Notes: generated from the letters alone by a model not told the origin. Shown: positions 25,894 through 36,524, counted from the first letter of the stretch. The stretch is DNA of 64,000 nt from a virus (IMGVR_UViG_3300037400_008007:1-64000); one strand, 5' to 3'. A program made the numbers and translations.

Positions 25894-27428
25894 ATATCTT
25901 TAGTAACAATCCAGACTTTTATCCAACACCAAGCCGAGTTATCGAGCAGATGATGATGGGTGAGGACATTATCGGCAAGACCATATTGGAGCCGAGTGCA
26001 GGCAAGGGCAACATCGTTGATTGGCTGAAACGAAATGGAGCTGGCAGGGTGATTGCCTGTGAAAACGACCCGAATGTACGCAAGCTGCTGGACGGGAAGT
26101 GTGAGGTGATAGCAACGGACTTTCTGACGGTTACACCCGACATGGTGAGTCATATAGACCATATCGTTATGAATCCACCGTTTAGCAAGGGAGCAGAGCA
26201 TATCCTACATGCCTATGAGATTGCGCCTCCAGGCTGCATCATAACAGCCCTGTGCAACTCCGAGAACATTTACGGCTACAGCCGATATGACAAGCACAAA
26301 CGTCTTGTGGAGTTGATAGAGTCCGAGGGCCGTGCAGAAAATCTTGGTGCCGTCTTTGAGAACGACGCAGAGAGAACCACGCGCTGCCGAGTAAGCATGA
26401 TAAAGCTCTACAAGCATGGAGAGGGCGACAATGAGTTTGCTGGCTATTTCTTTTCGCAGTTTGACGAGGATAATGCCAACGCTAACCAGCGTGAGGGTAT
26501 CATGCCTTATAACTTCATCCGAGAGTTGGTGAACCGCTACGTTTCAGCCGTGAAGATGTTTGATGACGTGATGGAGGCTACCAAGCGCATCAACGAGGCT
26601 GCAACCTATGTTGAATATAAAGATGACGTGAACTCGCATGGAGAGCCATACAAGCGCAAGGTGGAGTACGGCTATCTGCCCGTGAGCTTCAAAGCCGTAA
26701 GCAGTGATGACCGTGCTACCGTTGTCAGTCATTCGACTTATCGCAAGGCCCTACAGAAATACTACTGGCGCATCATCTTTGACAAGCTGAACATGAGGAA
26801 ATACGCTACAGCTAAGTTGAACGAGCAGATTAACAAATTCATCGAGGACAGCAAGAGCGCACCTTTCACGATGGCCAACATCTATCGAGTTATTGACATC
26901 GTGATACAGACCACAGGACAGCGTATGTTGTCAGCACTTGTAGAGGCTTTTGATACTATATGCGAATTGTCTGCAGAAAACTCGACCGCTGGAGAGAAAT
27001 GGAAAACCAACGCGAACTACATGGTCAATAAGCGTTTCATCGTGGACTGGATGACAGAATACGGAGATTACGGTTACAAGTACGAGCGAGTGAACCTACG
27101 CTATAGCGGAAATCGAAATAAGATTGAGGACGTATGCAAGGCTCTCTGTTATATGACAGGCCGAGACTACGACAAGATGGAGAGCTTGAGCGATGCTTGC
27201 CATAATCAGTGGTGGGGAACGTGGTTCGAGTGGGGCTTCTTCAAGTGCATAGCCTACAAGAAAGGAACGATGCACTTTGAATTTCTCGACGAAGATGTGT
27301 GGTACAAATTCAATGCCGAGGTGGCCAAGACCAAAGGCTGGGATTTGCCAAAGAAAACGGAGAAGAAACGCAAGGCTCCCGAACGCAAGAAGAAAGCGGA
27401 GTGTACCGATATGATGTTGTTTGACTAA
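25890..27428 (+). CDS. N6-adenine methyltransferase-like domain fused to a DUF4942-like domain
   Basis: DFYPTP, ILEPSAGKG, IVMNPPF; C-terminal FEWGFFKCIAYKKGTMHFEF. Confidence 0.8.
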   Translation: MNIFSNNPDFYPTPSRVIEQMMMGEDIIGKTILEPSAGKGNIVDWLKRNGAGRVIACENDPNVRKLLDGKCEVIATDFLTVTPDMVSHIDHIVMNPPFSKGAEHILHAYEIAPPGCIITALCNSENIYGYSRYDKHKRLVELIESEGRAENLGAVFENDAERTTRCRVSMIKLYKHGEGDNEFAGYFFSQFDEDNANANQREGIMPYNFIRELVNRYVSAVKMFDDVMEATKRINEAATYVEYKDDVNSHGEPYKRKVEYGYLPVSFKAVSSDDRATVVSHSTYRKALQKYYWRIIFDKLNMRKYATAKLNEQINKFIEDSKSAPFTMANIYRVIDIVIQTTGQRMLSALVEAFDTICELSAENSTAGEKWKTNANYMVNKRFIVDWMTEYGDYGYKYERVNLRYSGNRNKIEDVCKALCYMTGRDYDKMESLSDACHNQWWGTWFEWGFFKCIAYKKGTMHFEFLDEDVWYKFNAEVAKTKGWDLPKKTEKKRKAPERKKKAECTDMMLFD

Positions 27429-27677
27429 TATATACAAGCTATGACCAAAGAGAAAATTTGCTACTATTGCAAGAAAGTTAAAAACGTAGGGATATACTGC
27501 CCGAAGTACCAATGCGGCAAGACAGGAGAGACCAAGGAGAGTTTCGACACTTGCGATGATTGGGAAGACTACGAAGAAAAATGACAACTCTTCCAGTTGT
27601 CGGGGCTTCTGTCAAAATCTGTTAGCAATCATTCCCAAAACAGCAGCCCTATTTTGAAACCTCAAACCGATCAAGAT

Positions 27678-28037
27678 ATGAACAAAGTAAAACATCTGAA
27701 AATGGTAACGTGTTCATGGTTCCCCATGAAAGGTTATCTGGCAATCACCATTCTGCGATGGATGATAGTCCGCAAGAATTTAGCAAACAAAGTGTCGCCA
27801 ATCATTATAAACCATGAGGACATTCATTATGCGCAAGAGCGAGAGCTGTGGTATATCGGCTTCTACCTGCTCTACTTGCTGATGTTTGTCTTGAACCTGT
27901 TGACGAAGTGGAATTGGAATCGAGCCTACAGAGCGATACCTTTTGAGGCAGAGGCTTACGCAAATGAGCGCAATCTTACCTATTTGGAGAACCGAGAGCG
28001 TTTCGCTTGGTACAAATATAAGGGAAAAGAGATATGA
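27678..28037 (+). CDS. Membrane-associated zincin-like protein
   Basis: HEDIH (HExxH), one hydrophobic helix, FEAEAY. Confidence 0.6.
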   Translation: MNKVKHLKMVTCSWFPMKGYLAITILRWMIVRKNLANKVSPIIINHEDIHYAQERELWYIGFYLLYLLMFVLNLLTKWNWNRAYRAIPFEAEAYANERNLTYLENRERFAWYKYKGKEI

Positions 28038-28701
28038 GTGAGGGTGTGGCATTACTCCAAAGGGGAAGGCAGCGGTTGGAGTCTTTGGCTCCAGTCCGTT
28101 GCCACCAGCTCAAAGAACGTACCGTTGTAGCGTGGTGCGCTGGCTATGGTCAAGGGGCTACTGACGTATTGGAGAGGCTGAAAGGTGCAAGGCGCAAGAT
28201 GGTTGAGACCTACGAAAAGAAGATGGAGGAAACGACCGAGAAAGACGCTTACCATGCAGCTGTGGCCACTATGGCTATTGAAGTAGAAACGATTATCGAT
28301 GAAATATCAGAAGGAAAGGAATGGTAGTACATAGGTTCATGTCGCAGGCAGAATACAATCTGTTTTGCAGTGGTGAAGAAGTCCGTAACAACAGCCGCCA
28401 TATAGGTTATAGGACAACGAGTATTGGCTTCTGTTTCTTTGTGGAAAACCCAGAGGAAGCGATACACTGGCTATCCGGCTGCTGTGACCCAGAGCAATGT
28501 GTTACGTTGGAGATTGACGAGAAACTGCTACAGAAAACGACTGGTCATTACCGAAACCCCAAGGGCGGTACAATAGACAGGACGGAATACTGTTGTACGT
28601 CCTACTCGTTGAGAACAGCGCGATTGTTGGCAGTAACAGACAAATACAGAGGATTGGCTGAAATGCGTAAAGCGTTGCGTTTGCTCGGGCTTATTTGGTA
28701 G
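28034..28701 (+). other. Two hypothetical ORFs (28034-28327, 28321-28701)
   Basis: Overlapping stop/start codons, + strand. Confidence 0.55.
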
Positions 28702-28818
28702 AAAAAAACTTTGCTTTTTCTTAAACTTTCTTGGTCAAAAATTTGCATATTTGATAAATTATGCCTACCTTTGAAGTAGCAAATAAGATAAGTAACAACT
28801 TTTCAAAACTTCAAAACT
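28701..28818 (+). promoter_or_regulatory. Cassette promoter/leader C5
   Basis: TTTG 28742, 20-nt spacer, TACCTTTG 28766-28773; first 88 bp identical to C6. Confidence 0.85.
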
Positions 28819-29151
28819 ATGGCAACAACAATTTCGCAGAACAGCAACAAGAGTATGGTAATGAGAGCTGCTTGGGCAATGCTCAAAAAGGCAGAAGTGG
28901 CAAACATCAGCGAGGGTCTGAAACTCGCATGGAAAGCAATCAAGTTGAAGATTGCAATGGCCAAGGGAGTGGTTACGTTCCAGTACCGCAAGGCAAGTGG
29001 TGAAGTCCGCACGGCTATTGGAACGCTAAAGTCGGGTATCGTGAACTACGAGCCAAAAGGCACGAACCGCAAGCCATGCTACTCAACCGTAGCCTACTGG
29101 GACATCGAGAGAAAGGGCTTCCGTTCATTCTGCATCAGTCACTTAATTTAA
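28819..29151 (+). CDS. SH3/WYL-like beta-barrel protein (DUF2693-like)
   Basis: VTFQYRKASGEVRTAIGTL...YWDIERKGFRSF. Confidence 0.7.
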   Translation: MATTISQNSNKSMVMRAAWAMLKKAEVANISEGLKLAWKAIKLKIAMAKGVVTFQYRKASGEVRTAIGTLKSGIVNYEPKGTNRKPCYSTVAYWDIERKGFRSFCISHLI

Positions 29152-29213
29152 GTGGCTGACAGCAGACCGAGAGAAACAGAAAGTAAGTAAAACAAAACAT
29201 AGGAGATACAGAT

Positions 29214-29898
29214 ATGTTACAGAAAATTAAGCAGCAGTATTACGAAATGGGCTTCAACCTGTTATCGGGAATCGTGGTTGACAAAGAGCTAAAGAACCAG
29301 TTGACAGCAATACTGGAGAAAGCCAAGCAAGAGATAAGCAATCTTATCAAGGACAACCCAGACCATTACATGATGACTAACGGCAGCTATGTCTATCCGT
29401 TCGGCAAGCAGACAGACTTCAACTACAAAGAGCCGCCTCGTATGTTTGACCTTTCACTGGAGCAGAGACTCCACTTGTTAGACGCAGCATTTGCCGTGAA
29501 AGAAATCGAGCATCTGTTTGTGTCAGAAGAGAACATGAAGTTGGACGATATTAAGGCACAGGCCCAGCGAGCCATTGAGGACGAAATGGCAGAGCGTAAG
29601 TAATACCATCGTGAATATGGCAAACAACGTAAGATTATCGTTGGAGCAGATAAACAAGTTGAAACATGCGGTCGGGCTGAATAATATCAGATCGATGCCA
29701 AAGAACGGAATCTATTCAGCCTACCGCAACTTCTTTTCCGCACAGAACAAGGACATAGATTGGGAAGAGCTGGTGAAGATAGGCTATGCTACCTGCCAGT
29801 ATGTGCAATGGTGTCAGGAGTATTGCTATTGTGTCAGCACTGCCGGACTACGTTACTTGGAAGGATTGCTCGACATCAAAATTGAAGTAAAGAAATGA
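29214..29898 (+). other. Two hypothetical ORFs (29214-29603 and 29575-29898, the latter start uncertain)
   Basis: ORF track, co-oriented within the C5 unit. Confidence 0.5.
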
Positions 29899-30599
29899 AG
29901 AAGATAATGTTTAACTCTCGATATGGTCTGGAGCAGGCAGTATTGAGAGGCGTAAAAACACAGACAAGGCGAGTGATTGACATACCGCAGGTGTGGCACG
30001 GGCTTGACGTACACGGCTCACATCGCTCAAAGGATAAAAGGTCGCTGGTGCTTACAGATAGCGATGACTGTATTTTGAGAGACGAAGCTGGCCGTTATGG
30101 GCAAGTCTTACCAAAGTTCCAGTTCAGTGAGTGCGTGGCTGTTGCACAGTCGTATAATGCTATCTATGACGCGATGGAAGAACAGTACGGCAACAGCAAG
30201 GCAAATGAATGGTGGTGTTCTGCGTGTGATTATGTCTATAATCATCAGCAAAATCAGTTTGGCCTTGCCACAACCGAAGGCTACAGAAACAAGATGTTCG
30301 TCAAGGCAGAACTTATGCCCCACGTCATCGAGATAACAGACATCAAGGTAGAACGGCTGCAGGACATTAGCGATGAGGACTGCCTGCGGGAAGGGATTAT
30401 AAAACGTGACGATTTGATAAACTGCAGGATGGAGAATATCATCCGCTATACATTTGAAGGTAGTTTTGAGAACCATATCTGGAAATCCTACACCACACCG
30501 CAAGAAGCCTTCTCCCGCCTTATCGATAAAGTATCGGGCAAAGGAACATGGGAGAGTAACCCTTGGGTGTTTGCTTATTCATTCCGACTAAAAGACTAA
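29895..30599 (+). CDS. ASCH/PUA-like phage protein
   Basis: KTQTRR...IEITDIKVERLQDISDEDCLREG...WESNPWVFAYSF. Confidence 0.7.
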   Translation: MKKIMFNSRYGLEQAVLRGVKTQTRRVIDIPQVWHGLDVHGSHRSKDKRSLVLTDSDDCILRDEAGRYGQVLPKFQFSECVAVAQSYNAIYDAMEEQYGNSKANEWWCSACDYVYNHQQNQFGLATTEGYRNKMFVKAELMPHVIEITDIKVERLQDISDEDCLREGIIKRDDLINCRMENIIRYTFEGSFENHIWKSYTTPQEAFSRLIDKVSGKGTWESNPWVFAYSFRLKD

Positions 30600-30605
30600 A
30601 ACGAT

Positions 30606-31641
30606 ATGGCACGATTAATAGAAAGCAAGTTCCTCGTCATCGAGGGGAAAGGTAGTGAGTTCCTACAAGCAGGATTTGGTGGTGGGCCAGTTCAAGAAGT
30701 GGGTGTTATCAAGAGCGGCCTTTTTGCAGGCTTCTCCATGATAAACGTAGGAGTTGGAGAAACATTGGTATGCGACACCTGTAACAGCGGAATATTGCCG
30801 TCAGAGACGTGTTACTATATCGCAGTCCTTAATCGTCTGTACTGCTCCGACTGTTTTAAGAAATGGCATGATGGCGCAACGTACTATCCAGAAGATGCCG
30901 TCTATGAGCGCAGGCAGTACCAGCATACTGAAGCCATGCTTATCGAAGCCGGAATAGAAATCGAGAAAGGAGGCAGGCCATGAAGAATGTACCAAGAAAG
31001 ATATGGCTACAGACCTATGATCCAGTACCTACAGAAGTTGGAGAGGATTTGCAAGACATCGACTTTGAAGAACTACACAGGAATGGAGTGGTCACATGGG
31101 AGAGCGAGCAAATCCACTCAACCGACATCGAGTATGAGCATGTGGGCAGTCAGTGGCGAAAGTATGCAGAAGAGCCGCCTACAAAAGAGGGAGAGGTTGT
31201 GCTGGTGGTTTATGACGATGGCAGCGTAGCGTTGAGCAGAACGTTTAAGATTTCTGACGGCTCCGTACAAATTCTTGTCGGGAAAGACTGCCAAGCCATA
31301 CTTTGGATGCCATTCCCAGCAACACCCGAAGAACTGAAAATAAACATAAAGCTATAGTTATGAAGAAAGACGTTACACAGATGCGGTTCTTTGCCGCAGA
31401 ACTCCGCAAGGAGCTTGACAACAATGCTATTGAGGGATGCTATTGTGAGGTAGAAGCCTACGAGGACGGAACAGATGACCCGAAAATCAAGGTCAAGTCC
31501 AGTGCTGCCAATCCCGATCAGACCACCCTATACTGTCTTGATGAGATTTGCGAATACTGCCAGGCAAACGAGCTGAACCACTACATTACGGTGGAGCCAT
31601 TGCTTAGTGGTGTATTCATTCCTGTCATCATAATATTCTAA
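30606..31641 (+). other. Three hypothetical ORFs (30606-30983 with CxxC pairs; 30980-31357 DUF551-like; 31360-31641)
   Basis: ORF track; CDTC/CSDC in the first, WMPFP in the second. Confidence 0.55.
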
Positions 31642-31748
31642 CGGCCATGAAGTGCAGCCACACTTTTCTTATTTGCTACTCAGAGAAGTTTTGATATATC
31701 ACAGGCTGCACAGGTCGTTTGGGAGTGTCATTTGGCACTCCCTTTTTT
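31642..31748 (+). ncRNA. Candidate 3'-UTR antisense RNA, ending in an intrinsic terminator
   Basis: Stem GTGCAGCC/GGCTGCAC encloses CTTTTCTTATTTGCTACT and GAAGTTTTGA, both complementary to cassette leader motifs. Confidence 0.5.
31721..31748 (+). terminator. Intrinsic terminator
   Basis: GGGAGTGTC-ATTT-GGCACTCCC followed by T6. Confidence 0.85.
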
Positions 31749-31750
31749 GT

Positions 31751-31868
31751 GAAAAAAACTTTGCTTTTTCTTAAACTTTCTTGGTCAAAAATTTGCATAT
31801 TTGATAAATTATGCCTACCTTTGAAGTAGCAAATAAGACAAGTAACAACCCTTCAAAACTTCAAGATT
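31751..31868 (+). promoter_or_regulatory. Cassette promoter/leader C6
   Basis: Near-identical to C5. Confidence 0.85.
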
Positions 31869-32974
31869 ATGCAAAAGAGAACCGTCATCAACAGAGCTTA
31901 CAAGGCAGTTGCCGAGTCAAGAACTACTTCTCACATCTTCCGCGATGAAGATTGGAGCGGAGTGTCGCAGTTAGTAACCGTCCTGGAAAGCAGTCTGCCA
32001 AGAACAGCAGTCATGACGCTGGCCAGTGCAGAATACAAAGGTGTGATTGGTGAGTGTGGCCACCGCAAGGTTTACCTCTACAATATCATTGATGAAGAGA
32101 ATTGTATCGACATCAATGCGCAGATTACCGCCAGTTTTTGCGGAACAATGGCCGACCCGATGGGTGCCTACGACCTTACCCTTATTATGAACTAAAGTAA
32201 GGAGGGAAAGACTATGAAAGCAATCGTTATAATTCATCTGGCTCGTAAGACGAGGATGGGAAGATCAATCATCACAGAGAAGATTGAGCGCAAGAAAGAG
32301 AATATTGTGAATGCAGTCAATGACTACATCTATGAGAGAACGAACCGAAAGAACTTTATCCCTGTTGTAAAGTTTGAAGTCAAGATACTCAATTACAAGA
32401 ACAAGGTGGTTAATCAATGGGAGTACACACCAACTAACAGAGGATGAGTTATGGTTGGAAAGAGAACAACTTTGAGTAGCGATGAAATCCGGCTTGCAAT
32501 GGAAGCACTGGAATGTCAGATGAACACCATCGAGATAATCAGAGAGAAGCGTATCGGTATTGAGGACGAAGAGTTAGACCGTCAGAAAACCGAGTACCAG
32601 ACCCTGTATGACAAATTCAAGAAATTAAAGAGCAAGAGAGTATGAACGAGCGAGTACCAGCATATATTGATGACAAAGACGTTACAACCGACTGGCTGGA
32701 TAACATCTTTGATACGTTGGACTTCCTGTATAGCACCAGGCGGCAGATTGGTATTGTCGCAGGCTGTGTGGTTTCCGTAAGCTGGCATAGCAATGTGGTC
32801 GAGTGGCAAGTGTCGAAAGACATGGGTGGCGACTACAATTCAGCTTACCTCATTTTAGAGGAACGGTTGAAGAGCATGGAGAGTAAAGAGCAGAACGTAT
32901 ATTCCGAGATAAAGCATGAGAATGATAATGGAAAGCTCTGCATCTGGCAGTCGTTTTACTTTCGAGACGAATAA
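31869..32974 (+). other. Four small hypothetical ORFs (31869-32195, 32214-32447, 32451-32645, 32642-32974)
   Basis: ORF track, co-oriented behind C6. Confidence 0.55.
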
Positions 32975-33088
32975 AAAACTTTGTGGTTTTCGTAAACTTT
33001 CTTGGTAAAAACTTGCATATATGATAATTTCTTTGTACCTTTGAAGTAGCAAATAAGATAAGTACAAACCATTCAAAACTTAGAAATT
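32973..33088 (+). promoter_or_regulatory. Cassette promoter/leader C7
   Basis: TACCTTTG 33036-33043, AGTAGCAAATAAGATAAG, TTCAAAACTT. Confidence 0.8.
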
Positions 33089-34179
33089 ATGAAAGAGATT
33101 ATTCTGAAGCAAGAGACTATCGACGCAATCATCGAGGCCATTAAGGAGGATTTGAGCGTTGAGGACGAAATCACGACCGTTGACGATGCCGAGTTTGAGC
33201 AGGACGGGAACACAATCTTTGTAGGCTACAAAGTGTTCGCAGAGTGGAAAAAAGAAATGATGTACCACAGCGAAGTTCCTTATAACAACTACGAGGACTT
33301 GTCTAAATGGGAGGTGACTGGCAGTGAGGTTGAGAACATTGCTGCTTACGACGAAGACGGAGAGGAATTGGCAATCTCCGAGGAATACATCAAAATTATC
33401 AACAAGAAATTGGCTGCGTAAAGAAGCAGGGGAGTTTGCTCCCCACTTCTTACCTGCTTAAAAAAGATACCGACTATGGAATTAAAAGAACTGACAGAAA
33501 AAGTACGAGAGGCTATAAAAGAAGCCATCGAGGAATGTATCAGAGAGGGTCATAAAGCAGCTGTTGGCACAGTAAACCTCAATGACGGCTACATCGACAT
33601 GATGGTAGAGAAAAGTCCAAATTGGGAAGCCATACTATACCACAACGACGATGATACCAGAACAAGCCCCAACATCGAGGCTTATGTCGAAAATATCATC
33701 AAGGAATATACGACCGAAAAGGCTTGGCTGGAAATCGAAATAGAAATGATGGAAGAAGCAGCTCCTACTCCAGAGGAAGAGTATTTCATGGATAGGAAGA
33801 GGTTGCAGTCCTTTAACAAAAAGCTACGAGAGTTGAAAGCCATGTATAAAAAATGTCATAGTAATCATTAAACACAGAGATTATGGAGATAGCAAAACTT
33901 TGTCCGAAAGACCTCGCAGACATTATGCGAGAGGCGCACAAGTTGGAACTTGACGCAATCGAAGCTGGAATAACTGTCAGCGTTAGTTTGAACCATCTGG
34001 ATTGCCCTTATTTCACGGTGTACGTCCACGACCCGAAGCCTCGGAAGGGAAGAAAGGAAATAGATAGTTTCCAGTTCAACCCACCGAGAGATTACTGCGA
34101 CCATGTGAAAGAAAACGCAAAAGCATATAATGCTATGCTCAAGTATTACGAACGGATGAAAGCCAAGGTGAAGAAATGA
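33089..34179 (+). other. Three small hypothetical ORFs (33089-33421, 33476-33871, 33883-34179)
   Basis: ORF track; the first two are strongly acidic. Confidence 0.55.
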
Positions 34180-34514
34180 AGCTGTATATTGCGACACCGA
34201 TTAACTCAAGAGCAGAGAAGACGATTGACGAAAAATTAAGGGCAGCACGTCATCGTATCAATCTGCTGTCGGAAATCATCAGAGGCGACGAGCGTTTCAG
34301 TGAGTACACCCAGCTTGTGAGTACGTTTAGCGTAAATCCATCGCAAGCATCAAAGCAACGAGAGGCTACAGTGATGGGTAAGTGTATTGAGCAGGTCATG
34401 GAGTGCGACGCGATCTATCTTGACCATGCCTGGCAATCATCGAAAGGCTGCAACCTTGAATATCGAGCAGCCAAGATATACGGAAAGACCATTTACGAAC
34501 ATGACAAAATGTAA
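34176..34514 (+). CDS. DUF4406 / nucleoside deoxyribosyltransferase-like protein
   Basis: KLYIATPI...CDAIYL...WQSSKGCNLEY. Confidence 0.7.
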   Translation: MKLYIATPINSRAEKTIDEKLRAARHRINLLSEIIRGDERFSEYTQLVSTFSVNPSQASKQREATVMGKCIEQVMECDAIYLDHAWQSSKGCNLEYRAAKIYGKTIYEHDKM

Positions 34515-34519
34515 CTGTT

Positions 34520-34846
34520 ATGACAGAAGAATTATCCAAGAAGATTTTGCTTAAAGGTGCAAGTCTTGAAACAACAGAAAAGCAGTCCGGCTTCATGGTG
34601 GGAATAGGCTTCATCAGAGAAAGCGTATGGCATTACGATACCGAGCTGCCTAATGAGGACAAATGTGTGCTGACATACAATCCAGAGACAGACAACTGTG
34701 AGGTTGTATATGCAGCATTGGTCGGCAAGGGGTGTCGGTGGGCCTATTTGGAGGACTTGTTTACCGAGGATATGGCCAAGGCTATGCTCCGGCATGAGAA
34801 AGAAGTAGATGAGCGTTGGAGAGACGCTATAGATACAGCCCAGTAA
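34520..34846 (+). CDS. Hypothetical protein
   Basis: VWHYDTELP...WAYLEDL phage motif. Confidence 0.55.
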   Translation: MTEELSKKILLKGASLETTEKQSGFMVGIGFIRESVWHYDTELPNEDKCVLTYNPETDNCEVVYAALVGKGCRWAYLEDLFTEDMAKAMLRHEKEVDERWRDAIDTAQ

Positions 34847-34915
34847 ATTGCTGGGTACTGTGACTAAGTTTTGAAGGAGTGGCCATTGTCTGTGAAGATA
34901 GTGGCCACATTTCTT

Positions 34916-35033
34916 GAAAAAAACTTTGCTTTTCCCTAAACTTTTTCGGTCAAAAGTTTGCATATTTGATAAAATCTTTGTACCTTTGTTATAGCAAATA
35001 AGATAAACAACAAACATTCAAAACTTTAAGATT
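34916..35033 (+). promoter_or_regulatory. Cassette promoter/leader C8
   Basis: TTTG-CATATTTGATAAA...TACCTTTG 34981-34988, TAGCAAATAAGATAAA, TTCAAAACTT. Confidence 0.85.
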
Positions 35034-35744
35034 ATGGCAAACGTAAGAAGAACAGCACGCGAAATTCGCTTGGAAGCAATCGTTGAACTCCAGAACGAGT
35101 TGAACCAGTTGAGAAACGAGAACCCTGTCGATGAGCAGTGGGTACATAAGTATAACAATTACAAGTTATACGAGTTGGGCGAAGTCAAGGAGCGACTGAC
35201 AAAAACCATCGAGGCCGAGAAGTTCCAGAAGAAAGTTGATGAGTTCTTTGCTGGAGAGGGTGCAAGCATCAAGGCAGAGATTGAGAGTCGCAAACAGCTT
35301 ATCCGTGAGACCTACAAGGCCATCCAAGAAGAAATAGAGAGCATTGCGGAGAAAGCTTTTGAAGGTACTGTGTGGACTGTGCAACGTAGTGGTGTCAATG
35401 CCTTTACTGCCTACATCGAGCTTGGTATGGTCGGAGAGAACGGTTTGTATATCCACCATAATGATTTTGAACTCAAGTATGAACGTAAGTGGTTGGGAAA
35501 TAACGAAGCAGAGTTTACAACAAACATCGGCACATGTGGCTCACAAGATGTCCTTGATGACAGTTTCGGCTCTCGCACATTCTATTACATTCAAGTTGGT
35601 ATGCTCCTGCAGGACAAAGCAAAGCTGGAGAAGCTTCGTGATGACATGGCCGCTCTCTGCAACCGCATGGGAGAGCTTGATGACATGAAGAGAAGAATAG
35701 AAAATGTAGAGGCAGACCCTTTCACAAACAAGCTGGAGGACTAA
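35034..35744 (+). CDS. Hypothetical protein (236 aa, coiled-coil N-terminus)
   Basis: ORF directly behind C8. Confidence 0.65.
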   Translation: MANVRRTAREIRLEAIVELQNELNQLRNENPVDEQWVHKYNNYKLYELGEVKERLTKTIEAEKFQKKVDEFFAGEGASIKAEIESRKQLIRETYKAIQEEIESIAEKAFEGTVWTVQRSGVNAFTAYIELGMVGENGLYIHHNDFELKYERKWLGNNEAEFTTNIGTCGSQDVLDDSFGSRTFYYIQVGMLLQDKAKLEKLRDDMAALCNRMGELDDMKRRIENVEADPFTNKLED

Positions 35745-35875
35745 TTATGGAGAACGTAACAATCGAGAACGTGCGTGATGCATTAGCCAAACGAGGCATA
35801 CAGTTAAAACCTATTAACCGCGACCGTCAGGCGATCAAAGATGAGCCAAAGTGGGAACTTATAAAGAATTAAGAT

Positions 35876-36436
35876 ATGGCAAACACTTGTTTTACGGACT
35901 ACACCATTGTTGGTGAAAAGGAGAAAGTAGAAAAACTGCATCAAGATATGATGCGAGTATTCGAGACAAAGCGAAAGGACAAAGACGACACAAACTATGA
36001 GAGCTATAGTAACTGGTTAGGTTGGCTGGTTAAAGACCTGCTGGGAAAGTCTTACAAGGATATGCACTGCCGAGGCACATTCTATATGGAGAACGAGCTG
36101 ACTAATGGCGAACTGCGTTTTACGACTTCATCAGCATGGGTTCCATGTAGCGAGCTTTTTAAGTCTTTGGCAGAGAAGTACGGAGTCGCTATGTACTACT
36201 ATGCGGAAGAACTGGGGTGCAGTCTGTTGGAAACCAACGACAGCGAACAGAAGTATTACAAGAACCGCTTTGTGGTGTCATGTAGTGATTGCGATGACCA
36301 ATACTTTGAGAGTGAGACAGCCTTGGTCAATGCCTTAAACGCATGGACTGGTAAGCGACACTCTACGCTTGAAGATTTACGGAATGACGAAGACATAGAC
36401 AAGGCTTATAACATCTACGAGATTGAGGTAATATAA
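35876..36436 (+). CDS. YubB/DUF1281-like ferredoxin-fold protein
   Basis: MANTCFTDYTIVG...FTTSSAW...YYYAEELG. Confidence 0.55.
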   Translation: MANTCFTDYTIVGEKEKVEKLHQDMMRVFETKRKDKDDTNYESYSNWLGWLVKDLLGKSYKDMHCRGTFYMENELTNGELRFTTSSAWVPCSELFKSLAEKYGVAMYYYAEELGCSLLETNDSEQKYYKNRFVVSCSDCDDQYFESETALVNALNAWTGKRHSTLEDLRNDEDIDKAYNIYEIEVI

Positions 36437-36480
36437 ATTTCTTTTCTGCCAAATAAAGAACATCAGAACCTCAGTCTTTG

Positions 36481-36516
36481 GGCCGCTCACAATGCAGTGT
36501 GGGCGGTCTTTTTTGT
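36481..36516 (+). terminator. Intrinsic terminator closing the accessory region
   Basis: GGCCGCTCAC...GTGGGCGGTC followed by a T-run. Confidence 0.8.
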
Positions 36517-36524
36517 GTGAATAA

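Noticed and set aside
33422-33475. Nested hairpin as another antisense element
   Set aside because: Pairing to the leader motif has three mismatches in 13 nt; probably an ordinary terminator or stabiliser
23201-35033. Repeated cassettes as a CRISPR array or as IS ends
   Set aside because: Spacing is kilobase-scale and irregular, the intervening DNA is coding, and no cas or transposase gene is present
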